Below, piece by piece: positions 47,901 through 61,512 of a DNA stretch of 64,000 nt (position 1 is the stretch's first letter; the number at the start of each line of letters is the position of its first letter). The notes beneath the pieces were generated by a model that was not told the DNA's origin, did no database searches, and was given only the letters and a program-made list of their open reading frames with translations. Both the position numbers and the translations under genes were made by a program. The DNA is from Styela clava. Lineage: Eukaryota. Location: NCBI RefSeq assembly GCF_964204865.1, contig NC_135252.1:10478001-10542000 (forward strand), in the 5' to 3' direction.

Positions 47901-50900
47901 TTTAAAAGCAGGAAGGTCGTTTAAATTCAAATTTGTTCACTTTTGCTTTCGCAAATAAATAATCAAATTATAAATTATCGTAATTAAAGCTCAAAAATTG
48001 TCCATTTTCGTATATTCTCAATAAAGAATGTTTGACAAAATGATTCGCCATATGCTCTCACTTTTCCCTCTTATTACTAGAAACTATACTTCACTGGCGG
48101 TTAAAATATAATTTTAGGTGTGGCTTCTCTTTCAACGTTGCCCACAACGTCAAAGACTTATCTGATTATTTCTTCTCTGCCTGAAACAACATGATTGACT
48201 GCATCCCATACTTTCTAATTAATTGTATTTCCGAATGGACTATTCCGATAACCTAAAATAATTTAACAAAGTAACCTAACCTATATTACCTATATTGATC
48301 TTACAATTTTCAACCACTCAACCCCATCCGAACAAAGTCAATTTCAATTAAACGAATTAAATCGATGTCCCTCCATTTACATTCATGATCTAGAAATGCA
48401 CGCTGGGAATACACACAGCGGGCGCCTACAAAACTTTCGCCGGCACTCGCACGCCGTTCGAAGGTGATAACAAATGTCAAAATAACGTATCGGCACAACA
48501 ATGCTGTCTAGAATAGATAGTAGTAACACCACAGCCGATACACTGTCGCACTTCTGTTCATATTCTGCGTGATATCTCTCGCCGACATTTTTCGCAATAA
48601 TACCTTACTTAATATTGGCAAAATTTCAAATAATTCTTCCACTCTTTATTCTTTCGGTAATAAATGAATTGAAAGATAAGTAATTAGAATATAAACAGCC
48701 CACGGAATACAAAAGTCCAGCGGTGCGATGGAATTAGAGTCAGTGCCAGAATTTTGCATTCGAATACAAAATTGGAGTTTCGGTTTTGGAGAGTGCTTGA
48801 ATTGCCATATACATACAACCGAAGGGCAATCTAAAATTTTAAATAATTGCGAATATAGATAAACATGCCGCAATAAATCTTAGTGATTGTCCCGGTAATT
48901 TCGAATAATCGCGCTTCTGTTGGAATTATAAACATCCATCGCAATAATAAAAATATTGGGGTTTCCGGGATCTAAATATCACAATAACCTATTCAGGTTT
49001 ATTGTAGCCTGTACTGATACAAACAACCGACCATTACACGAAGTCCGACAACGCAGAACTATAGAAATAAGTAAAGTAAGACCCAGTTTTCATCGTGAAA
49101 GAAGGTTAATAACACGAAGTACACAACACAATGCAAGAGATTTTCTTTGTATAATGCCGAACAATACAACGAGGGATTACTCCACCTGATATATTTTTGG
49201 CATAGATTTAGCTATATCAAGTTTGCTACATGCATGATAGGTGTAATCTACTCACTACGTAAGGAAAAGTTGAAAATAAATTAGTAGTTTTGGTCATTCT
49301 ACCGTTAAAACCAATCATACGCCGGTTCAACTTATTAAACTTTATTCATTCACGATAATTCAATCAGTATGTATTTTCTGCTCGTTTGATTTTCAAAAAA
49401 AAAAGAACAGAATAAATTCAATTAGCTTAAAGTTATCAATTCTGGTTGAATGTTGCCGCATTCCTTATAAACTTGACCCATAAAACGATGCATTATAATA
49501 CTCTCGCCGATTTGTATATATATTAACCGAAATTGCAATTATTTGGTATATTATCAATTACAGGCAACATAGTTAAAATCTAGCTAACAGATATATTTCT
49601 AGAGTTGCATTGTTTTTCTAATCACCCAAAACGTATTATAAGACGCAATATGAAGTAAACCCATCAAAAAGTAGTTCATTTTCCATAATTTTAGAATGGT
49701 CGAAACGATGCAACAATATTCCGAAAAATGCATGATGTATAGCTGTCGCATATACAAATACTAAGATTTGTTTTAGGACATATTCAAAGATTCTGTTCAC
49801 ATTGAGGCATTTATTGAACCTATACCGAGTATACACAATCTTGCGTGAAATAAAGGTTGTTACAGATATTTTTTTATCAGACGATACGTTGGTCGATTGT
49901 GACCATGCATATAGGCTAGCGCTCAATGACTGAATTTTGAAAAACACAATTCACTTTAATACTACATACATCAGACATCTACAAAATTACTCCAAGTTGG
50001 GTGGAAATTAACAAAAACGTATTGCTTCTATTTCAGTCGCGTTATTCATTATATTCACCATAAGTTGCCTCACGAAAATTGACGTCTCAACTCCCAGAAT
50101 ACTAGCAAATCAGCATTCATTGAACCAAACATTAATTGATATTTCAAATTGGTTCATAAACCTCATGCATATTCATCAACATGCCTCAGACAAATTACTA
50201 TCATTTAGCATTCAACACCCTTTTTATTTATTTATGAAACGTGCAGTAAATGCTGATATTAGACCACCATTACCATATATGATCATTCCTGAAATTATTT
50301 GCAGTTAAGTAAGCAATGGGCACGAGGGTATAGGGAATAAAAGGATGGCGGAAACTGAATTCCTACTATTAGTCATCTCATTTTGTATTTACAATTGATA
50401 GAAACTGACGTTTCTAAGAATTTTTTGCATCGCAATGGCCAAAGTTAGTAATGATAAGTTCACAATGCTTCGAAACAATAATTGAAGGTAATAACAGGTT
50501 CTGCATAATTTCAAGTATGGACTATTTTCCCGCCTACTCCGTCTCCGTTGTCGAAAATTCAAATAAGTAAACTGATTTTTCGAGCATAAATAGGAAACAG
50601 AACATTGGAATTTTACTTTATTGATGGATGAAAAAAATCGGTGAATATCTCTACATCAGTGACTAGTTCGGGATACTAATAATATATGGTAATCAAGCGA
50701 TGTTTTTAATGCCAAACCGTTCTGACCGATGTATTTCGATAATTTGCACAAACAAAGAGGATATCAATAAAAACAACTAAAAAACTAATTGATAGTAATT
50801 ACAGACAAATAGTTTAGACCTTTTCATTTGTACTCGCATGTTTTGTTTCAAGTTGATTGATCGAGGCAGTTCTGGAGCTAGTTATGCATCTAAATCAATA

Positions 50901-52525
50901 AACGTCGTAAATTGGAGTAAACAGAAAATATCTCTTTACATTGTTGGTGTACGTACAATTGGAGTCTATGTGTTTTTCGTGTACAGCCACAAGGTATGTG
51001 CTTTATTACAACTGCACGTCATAACTTCGTGTATCTCATCTTCAGGGTTAAATATATGACTTTACAAGATAAGATATAATCTTTCAAATGCACTTATTTC
51101 TGATACTTTCCACTATCACGATTTTGTTTTCATTCTTTATAATATTCCCTAAATTACTCTCGCTTCGTCTTTGACTAATTTCTCTACATTTTATATAGTT
51201 TAGCACTTCTAGCTTGATTTTTCTTTACTAAATAATATTCGATTTTATATTTCCACAATTATTCTTGCCATTTTTCTTTCTTCCTTTCTTCATTTCTTCA
51301 TTATTATGCTTATATAGTACACACTGCTATCTTCTCTGTAAACTATGATTTGTATATGGCAAACGAATATATATACGAAATATATCAAAATATCCTGCAC
51401 ATAAGCAGGACCGTCTACTATGGACGTATGCAAAGCATCTAATGATATCTGATAATATTTTGACGTAGGTAAAAGCGTGTACGCATAAACGTATTCCCGA
51501 TAAGTACTGAGGTAAAAGATATTCTGACTTGTCTGCGTGCTTTTTTGAATAAAGATAGCAATTGAGAAGCTAGATTTATTATTTATGCCACTGCCATTTT
51601 TTCGTTAACGTTTATAATCACAAGCCTATAACTAAAATGCTGTACGAGTGAGAATTTTTCCGCCTTTTAAAATCAAAATCGCCGTTTTCACACCTATTAA
51701 TAACTTTTATCTCAAAAGATCCGTTTTGGGTCGCACTTTTGATACGGTAATCGCACATCAATAGGAGATAGCAATGTTGCGTTAGTTCAGGCAAGGTGTT
51801 ATGCGTGGTGCATGTAATAAGCGACTAATTGGCAGCTAATTCGGGTTGAATTTGAAACCTTATCAGATTTACCAGTAACAAGATGAAAGCAAATTGTGAT
51901 GCGACAAATTGGTGAAACACTGTAGACTACTTTGAACCAAAGACCAAAATTTTATTATATTGCTACCCGGAGTTGGTTCCCAACATCTATAATATAATTA
52001 TACAAATAAACCTAATATAGAATCTTATCGTTAAAACCACGTTTCCGGTTAGTTACCAGATCAAGGGAAAACCTGGGAATAAACAACATTTGTCAAATTC
52101 TCGCCGAAAGCTACCTCAAAAAATATACAGCTAAAATAGCGTATATTGAAAAAAAAATTTCATTAATGAATTCCACTGCCTAACTGCCTTATACAGCATA
52201 TATCATCGATTAATAATAAGAATATATATAAAACTTCCATGCCTAACAAATGCATATTATTTCGCGTTTGTAATAATTTTATTCAGTAATTGAATACATT
52301 TTAGACCACATTATTGAATAGTACTAAATAATTTTTTTTTTCTGTATTTTCTTTTTACATAATCGACAATAACAGACACCTTAAACCTCACCAAACAGCT
52401 TATATTCCTATATCAGTTGATTTTGTCCGATGTCAAGTTATCGAGAACCTGGACTCCTGAGTATACAATACAACGTCTGATAAAGTTCGATATGCCTTGA
52501 ACTGTTTCCTGAGGAAGATTTCCTC

Positions 52526-52607
52526 GACGTAACAAATTATATAAAGCAATTGAGGTAACAAAATTATATAAAACAACTGACGTAACAAAATTATATAAAA
52601 CAGTTGA
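52526..52607. repeat. Minisatellite, ~27-bp unit x3
   Basis: GA(C/G)GTAACAAA(A)TTATATAAA(G/A)CA..T repeated three times. Confidence 0.85.
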
Positions 52608-55600
52608 TACAATTAGCGAGCTCAGTACATGTACATATTAACACCGTACCCATACTTGAAAAGCACCATAAACCCAGTGGCCATACGTGGCCAAAAGCTA
52701 TTTTTTATTTTATATTTTGTTTTTTAATATACATTTCCTGATTTTGTAATCTGACGCCGTGATATCAACCAACCGTTCAGTCAGAATTTGGCAAGGAAGG
52801 TTTTTGTTGAGGACTTACGGAAACCTGAAATTAGTTGATGTTCCTTACTTATAAAGAACAACAAATTTTTTTTTTTTTTTCACATTTCGATGAAAAAATT
52901 GATTGATGATAAAACAAACACTATTTTAAATTGACCGAAACGAAAGATAAGTCTGTCAACGGCTAAATAAATTGAATCAGTTGTTTTTCGGCAGTCTGTG
53001 GAATTCAGAATTGACAATACGCAATATTATTTAATATTAATAAACGTTGAAACTAAAAATGAACGACCTCGTCTTGTTGAACGCTGACATACACAAACTC
53101 AAACTGCTATGACAAATATCGACCGCATATCAGCGGTTATCCTGAAGGTTTCACATAACATACGTGACATACTCTTATGATCCGTCAATTCTAAAAAAAC
53201 AAGAGACTCGTATCTGGGGTGATGGGGGTGACTGAACAGGGACGTAATCCGATACTCTCGATATGGTTAGATAATAACCTCAACTGCAATAATGCGGAGA
53301 GCTTTGTTTTCCCCAACGATTACACCCCATATGTCTTCATTCCGCTTCGGCCTGCCAACGACTCAGAACGATGTATCGTTGAATCAGTCATTTGTTGTAA
53401 AGTTTTTCTTTAGAGCATGCTCGATCGATGATAAATCAAAATTTAAGCATTTAACGTAATTCATATACGGCACATATTTGACTGAACATGTAAACAGCTA
53501 ATATTTGGTAGGTTACGGCATTGACGTTTCCAGTTGAGAAATATTCTACACCGATCATGATTTATAGATAGAATGCACAAATAAAGTTCGTATTAGACAG
53601 TTTATTTGTTTTAAACTGGAGTGTCTTTTTCACCAGAACCTCGAATATTGAGGATTTAATAAAATTTGTAACGTTAGGAGTTTTCGTATTACACATACTA
53701 AATTCAAAACGTAAGTCTAACCATCGTTTAATTGTAATTTAAACATATGAACTTGAGATTCATATCCAGTACATCCAACTCACAGACACTGTGTACAAAT
53801 CGGCTTAATTAATTGATTAAAAAAGTACGAGGTGAAATATGCCTATATGGGCCACGATACAAAGAAAATGACTATACGTTATTGTTTCACTGATAGATGC
53901 AAATATGTTTTTAAATAGGTATCTGACATATTTGATGTTGATATGAAGGCGAGTAAAAACTTAGTGGGTAGTTTTACTGTCAACGGAATATCTTTGGTTG
54001 TAATGTAAACTACAGATTTCAGATTATTGAATACAGTTTTGCTGTGAAAAACAAATATTCCTCTTTTATTGATTCAATGAACGATCTGAATATTTCTATA
54101 GCAAAAGATTTGTCAATATCTTTATGCAAGTTCAGAAGGCTTCAAAAACAGTGCATGATTGTAATATGATATGTTTCAAAAAGTATTTTTGAACAAAATG
54201 GGTTCATTCATTTACATTAATACAATTAACATGAAGCATCAATTATGCATAAAATTTTTATATCTTCAAATCGAGCACATGCATGATCATGGAAACATTA
54301 TTATATAATTATTAAATTTGTCACAGCATTAAACCAAAAAGTGATTGGTGCTGCGACATCCAAAATCAATAGTATGAGATTGCCAAGTTTTGCATCATCA
54401 TAATTTGATTTAACAAACACATTTAGGTCCATATACTTGTAATGAAAACGACAAGCTGTCTTTTATGAATGAATGCATTATAAAAATTGTTTAAGAAGAA
54501 AAATGAGATAACCGCGAGAGCGAATATTTCAAGTATATTTTGTATATTGGTTTTTTTATATCTTCAGTCGCCAAACAAAGAAACATTGTGTCAATCAATA
54601 ATTGCTGTGTGTTTGCAAACTTAGTGAAAATACCGCAAATTCAAAGAAAGTTTTGCCTGTCGATTTTGCAATGGTGAAAAGATTTTGTTTTCCCCGTTTG
54701 CGCAATATTTTCTACTGATATTTTTGGTACATGTGTGGGCCGACGGCGAATTTTACCGCTCCAAGCTTGTATGACTATAGCGTCTCCCTGTACTACGTCC
54801 AGCGGGTGGTGGGAACGAAGTTATTACAACACAAGTTACAATTCCTCTTTAGTAACGGGCGATGTTAATTGGGGATACCCGAGAACATGATTAGGGCGGG
54901 AACACAAGAAGTCTTTACCGTAAATATTGGATACAATATGAGTGAAAATAATAATAAATCGTCGTGTAAGGAAAGCAACACAATGGGCACTGGGTGTGTT
55001 TTCGCGAGTCACCCTTTGTGTCGCACTTTAGTTTGTTTAATATAAATCCCGCCTACCACAGATCGATTTACCCGAAAAGCGTGTTCGACTACTAAGATAC
55101 ATGTTGTATTGGGTTTCACTAAAAGTTACCGACAGATTTTCCGAACCTCATGATTTCAATGAATGTAAAGATGGTTATTGTTTTTACTATTATCACACAA
55201 AATGTTTTGCCTTGTGTTTCAACGGTTTTTTAGCTATGCGGAAAGTAAAATTTAGATTTGCATTGTGTTTACTGGCCTACTAAACTCAAACTAATCAAGT
55301 GTCTAACGTATTGTTATAAAGTTATTTTCCCAGCTTAGAGAGTCGATAAATTTTGGCTTCTACATATGTAGCACGATATAAAAACATGCTAATGAAGTTT
55401 GCATAGTTTGTATATATATATATGCGTGCCTTCGTTTTAAAATTGATATGCTCGTAACTTTGGATATAATTTTGTGTAATATTTTGAACAACTTTTTCAC
55501 AGGGCTGGCTATCACTCTCAGATAAACAAGTTAATATAAGACACAAAACAATCCCTCCCATCACCAAGACGACTAATTCCTTGAAGATTTTTTCAATCTT

Positions 55601-58600
55601 AACATAATCTTATATAACGAGCAATTTGATCTGGATATCAAAAATATACCGATAATCCACACTATGACCTCATTATCAAATCAAGGCTTATTTTTCTAAA
55701 TCTATCGCATTATCGCTAATCCAAATTGGCATAATTGCACACAAAATTGGAACGTCGAAAAGTTTTGCCGCTCAAATATCTTCAGGTCTTTTTATGAAGA
55801 TGAAAACGATAAACATTCGCTAACCAAATAGATATCAAAATGATTTTGAAGCATTCAACGGTTACTTATATCCAGTATAATATTTTTAACAAAGCTTGGC
55901 GCAGAGGTACGTTGAAGCGATTTTTGTAAATAAAGCACTGTTGTAGTTGAAAGAAAAGCGTTTTCGATGAATTTAGGGCATCAGCCTTTCGCTAAGCAAA
56001 TGACCAAATATATATATACAGCATGTTGCCCAAAGCAAAGTCCCCATTATTCATAATCACCAGCACGGTCAATTGCCTTCAAACAATATCTGGTATGAGA
56101 ATATTGCTCACATAGAAATTAGTTTCTGTGTTGAAAGACATTGGTTGACGTTCTTGTATCATGCCTTAAAATTTGTGTACTGGGAATTAAAATAGTACTG
56201 CCTGAAAATTACGAATACTAGCGAATATTTACCGCGATTCCGTTTATTCAAAAATTCCAAAAATGAGATGTTGTGACGCTTGAAAGGGTATTCTCGGAAA
56301 AAAAAAAATTTATTCTACACGCTGGTGATGTTATATCGCTGAGAATAGTTGTTTGTAATTTGTTTTTGCCGCTATTTGTTCATTTGACAAAATCGTTAAA
56401 CTATACTGACCGTTGGTACTGAACCAACTTTAGGTCACAAATTTGTATTCGATGGACACGTTCGCTGACTGTGTATAGAGGACTTAATACGGTTATACAA
56501 TAGTTAAACAGCTATTTAACAATATATCACAGTACTGTGTTATTGAGATGATAATACTACCTCTGGTCTGTCTAAACAAAAACTACAAGGTTGTGTTTTG
56601 TATGAAAATTAAACAAAACTATTGAAACAACGGCAAATGTATTTTAATATTCCGTAGACAAATTTTGAAGATTCCCCCAAAAATAATTTTCAGCAATCTA
56701 TGTGTAATAATGACTAAATTAATGTATTATTCATAAAACATTTAAAACACAGTATAGCCACACAATAGTGTATTTTTGTCATACGTGTTACAGAAAATTA
56801 TATTGCATATCGGTTATGTAATCAGTACATTTACATAAACTGATACAATAAGAATCATACCCTTCTCACATGTATTTGTCACAAATACCTCAAATTACCC
56901 TATTCCGATATAATACCAACACTTTGAGCATGAATTTTCTGAAAATTAACACTTATTAGTGCTTAATACAGAGAAAACTAATTAGAATTGATCAATCGCT
57001 TATCTTTTAGAATATTGCATGGACCACGAACAAAAATAATTAACTAACATTTAGACTGTAAAAAACCCAAACAGAAAATGTTCAAAAAGTGTATATTATC
57101 GTAAACCCATTCGACGAATAGACGTACCCTGTTTCAAGGTATGACAATATCCGCGGGTTTAATTGAACGAGGAAAAGTTTTATTCTGAATTGTTTTGTAC
57201 CCAATTGGAAATGTTGCAAATTATTAATTTCAGTAAACCCACAGTCATCAAAGTTGTGTGTTCGGGCTTCTGATCAAAACAGTAGTCTTCTATGTGTGAT
57301 TCTCATTTCATATTTTGGAGTACAGCAATCCGAATGTTCGTGTTATTTGAAACGAATATACTATATTTCCCAATTCAAGCATTCTTTATTATTTATCACC
57401 ATTAAATTGCAAAAAAAACAAAACGAGGGATGATCCTAGATTTTTTGCAAAATTTAGCAAGAAAATTTGAAGGTCGGTGTTACAAGTCTTTTGACGAAAC
57501 TTGGTATATGATTATTTAACTTTCTGTTAATGTCTCGTGTTTTTTAATGTCTAAAAATTGTTGAAAGTACGGACTTGTTTTTAATCTTCATTCAGCGCCA
57601 TGGCATGAACCTTTTATCGACATGAACACACGTGGTGTATGAATAAGTAATTGACTAAAAGGAAAACCGCGTCATTGATGAACTTATGGACAAAACGTTG
57701 ACAAATTATATATTATTATAATACATTAATCTGGTCGCCTATTAAATAAACAGCAGTTACACTCAAAAAGTTTCTGATTATTGTTTGAACATATCAATGG
57801 TGTTCATGAGCAATGAATCGAATAATTTACGGAAGTTATCGTAGGTCTAAGTCATTTTCAAAAGCAATCTCGTATTTTTTGGAAGAAATTTTAGTTATAT
57901 ATGAGAACAGATGATTACTATGGACAGGGAGGAAATACATATTCTGCTATGTCATAACTAGCAATTGTAATATAAAGGTTGGGCTTTTAGGCGAAGGTTC
58001 GAGCTCTGGTTCGGACTAAGACTTCAATTGATCAAACCAATATTTTGTTTTTGCATAGAAGACAGTCGCATGTTGCAAAAGTGATTATATCATTCAATTA
58101 ACCTCACGGCTTAAATTATGTAGTTCACTCTACCGTAAACAATTTCCAATGAACAATCTCTGAATTTTGAAGAAGATGGTCTTTGATTTCGCACGCACGA
58201 ATCTAATAACGGGCCTGTATGTCACAATATCATAGAATATTGACAAGAGACGAGGTGATGATGGGATTGCATTCAATATTTGTAAATCCATGAAAAAAAC
58301 TTGTTTTCAAATATTAATACAATATAATAAAGTAATTTGTGTCGAAAACATAATACCAACACTCAATCAAGTAAGATCTCTATCGGCACCCAGTGGCAAC
58401 CATTTATTATTTCACTGTTCGTCTTTTTCATATAACACTCACTGACATTGGTACTAAAAGGCTAGTGCAGTCCTTGTGAGCAGTGGCGTGATTGCATAAT
58501 TAGAGTTAAATCGAGTTTGTATTATTTGACATTATACTGTATTTCATTAAGACGTATCTCGAAACTATTCGGATTCGAACTTTTATATTTTCTGGAGTCG

Positions 58601-58752
58601 AAATTTTAGAAATATATACTCTTGTAAATTTATTTTTAGGAGTTTCTGAGAGTTAAAAAATGATTAATTATGACATCACAATTATATTAAATATTGTCTG
58701 TTTCGGATAAAAATAGATTGGTCGGTTTCCGACTAAATTGGAATGTCAAAAT

Positions 58753-61512
58753 ATGGCAGATATAAGTGTGTCAACAAAGAACGATGAATTGACTTGCGCC
58801 GTTTGTTTGAAGTTATTCGATTCACCAATAATCTTACCTTGTTCACATAGTATTTGTAAGAGGTTTGTATACAACAATATATTTTATCTATATTTATTTA
58901 TTCCACTAATAGAAAAATGATTAGAATAACCGAAAACGGTATAAATATATACCTAGTAAATAGTCCATACAATATTCGTATTAAGATAGCAGATAAACAA
59001 AATACTTGGAATTTTTTCCCTTTCAGTCACATAAGTGATCTTCAACTGAAAAATAATCGATGCGTTGTAAAATGTCCAATATGTCGTCAGGTATCAGTAA
59101 CGGCATGTGTAGTGGAAAACAGGGATCTAAAGAAAGCTTGCGAAATACTCAAGGTGAAATTTAGCTCAGCATACACTACGATCTACTTCATCTATATTTA
59201 CAAGATTGCATGTTGATTAATATGAGCTCATGTTTGTACTTATCTGCTGTTTTCATATAGCGCTTTAATTTTATATTTGGGGCCGTTTTCTAGTCATTTC
59301 AGAAAACTGTATTGTTCTAGCCTACAAACATGCAATTTCGAACAATTCGACAATAGCGTTTATTAAATAAGTGCATGAAAGTTTTTGGGATTCTTCTAGG
59401 ATCAGACAAAGTTCCCATTATTGCAAATTCAGAAATATCGTCCCCAACTGCCGGCACCTGGAGAAGTGCAACTTTGCCCCCTTCCACAAAAGTACAACTT
59501 CCCTTATAATTCAACTTTGCTTTAGAAAAGTAAAGTTCCAGATGATTCCAACAAAACTAGATCTGAAGATATTTGCCCCAATCACACAAAACAAGAGATG
59601 AGACTATCGATGTGGTGCATAGAGTGTGATAAAGGTGTCTGTGGATTATGTGTTATTGGTACACAAGTTCATGCAAATCATAAAATTATACCCTTCAATG
59701 AGGTTAGTCTCATCATTTTCTAGAGATGTTTGAACTTTTTTTCATTTCTATTTTTTTTTAACTCAAAATACATAACTGTCGCATGCGATTTGATGTTATG
59801 TTATTTTAGGTGGAACATCATGTGAAAAGTAGCCTGCAGTTCACGGCATCAGAAGTTCAGCTTGTCCAGACACTAAAATGTATAACATCAGATATTGGAG
59901 TATGTGATTTTCAAATAGTTCAGTTAAATGCATCTGAAAAAGAAGCGGCTGAATATTTCCGAAATGAATTTGATAACTGGATGCAGCAAATGCAAAAAGA
60001 CTTCGGCTCAGCTATAGAACGAGTGGGTATATGTTTGAAACTGCAACTGCAAAAAACGACAAAATATAATAAACTAAAATAATCTACAAACGGCAAAAAA
60101 GAAAATCGTGAGTAAAATCGATTTTAGTTAACATTATCGGACTTTTTCTATTATTTCCTGACCCTGATCGATAAGGCCCAAACCAATGTTTTCACTCCGT
60201 TGTTAAAAATATGGTATTAGCTGCGAAAAATCATTGACGTTTTATCGCCATTAATATTGGCAATGATAGACGCTTTCATTTTGGCTTAAATATGTTACTC
60301 AAAGAAAATTTTAAAATGCAAAACGATCTCGATTGCCTTCGAATCTTCTCTGTAGCAAGTTCGAACGAAACTGTAACACAATCATAAATATCACCCTCAA
60401 AGAACCCGTATGCATTCAAGCGGGACATGAATTACTAATGCTGTATATTAGTTTTATTCATCATAATTTGTATTTATGTAAATATAACTTTAACATTTCG
60501 CACGTTTCAGATTTCACAAATCTATAAAGGCAAAATCAACTCTGTAAGAGTAGACAAAGATCGTTTGCAGTGCATCAAGTCTTATGGTGAAGATCTGAAA
60601 GAAAAAGTAGAAAAATTACTTTCTACAGACTCTTCTGACAATATTCACAAATTTGCACAAGTCTCTACATCAGATTTTGCTGAAAAATTAAAAGGATTCT
60701 CGTCGTCAGCAAAGCAAGCTCGTTCAACTGGCATTTCAAAAATATTATATGACATGAAACCCAAACAAGTAACGGTTGCCCAAAGGACCTTCAAGGAGAG
60801 ACTTGCTGCAATTTCAAAAGCAAATACAAAAATGTTTCTATCTGATTTAAAAAGAATTTCGGTTATGACTCAGAAAGCAACATCAGAATTGCAAAGTGAG
60901 ATTGAAAAAGATTTAGAAAGTCTAACTCTGATTGAGACCGGCGACTTTACAAAACGAAAATCTGGCAACCCTATTGCATCATCGTCAGCACCTCCAACAG
61001 AAGAGTTTAAAAAATTGCTTACCTCTGATTTCAAAACCACAATCGATGCATCTGAAGGAAGCAGGTAGCTGTAAATTTAATTGCTTATGGATAACTAGAT
61101 GATCATTTATATTTGATAATAAATGTAAGCACAATAGAGAACATGATACAATGACAATGTGTTTTCAGCAACAAAGGAGACTATCCGAAAGCTGAAGAAA
61201 ATGGGTCAGAACAAAATAAGATAACGGTAATGAACTAATACATTAATATACTATTGTGTAACTATTTTGTAGGCTATAGTCACAGAGCAGAAACTGTCTC
61301 TTGCTCAGGTTCATTGTCAAATTGCGAAGACTAAAACAAAAGTAGTCAGAAGAATTAGGATGGGTAAGTATGAAACAACTGAGAGATTGCACTCCATGAT
61401 TTCGGATATGCTAATAAAACAGAGCAAATCAAAACCAGCAACTTCACAAAAACAGAATGAAAGACCTTCACTGAAAATAAAACACAGAGGAATGGTGATA
61501 CCGTCTGGGAAC
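58753..61512 (+). CDS. TRIM/RBCC family E3 ubiquitin ligase (RING, B-box2, coiled coil); 3' end unresolved
   Basis: Exons 58753-58862, 59027-59153, 59526-59702, 59810-60022, 60511-61064, 61169-61226, 61273-(61362 or 61512). RING: [27 protein letters not shown]...VKCPICRQ...VENRDLK; B-box2: CPNH...MWCIECDKGVCGLCVIGTQVHANHKIIP; then a helical coiled-coil region. No PRY-SPRY or other C-terminal domain recognised. An extra small exon near 59400-59465 cannot be excluded. Confidence 0.88.

Noticed and set aside
41053-55567. Numerous 60-108 aa ORFs in the coding desert
   Set aside because: Low-complexity I/L/F/Y/K-rich translations expected from AT-rich non-coding DNA, many with non-ATG starts; no consistent splice chain or motif.
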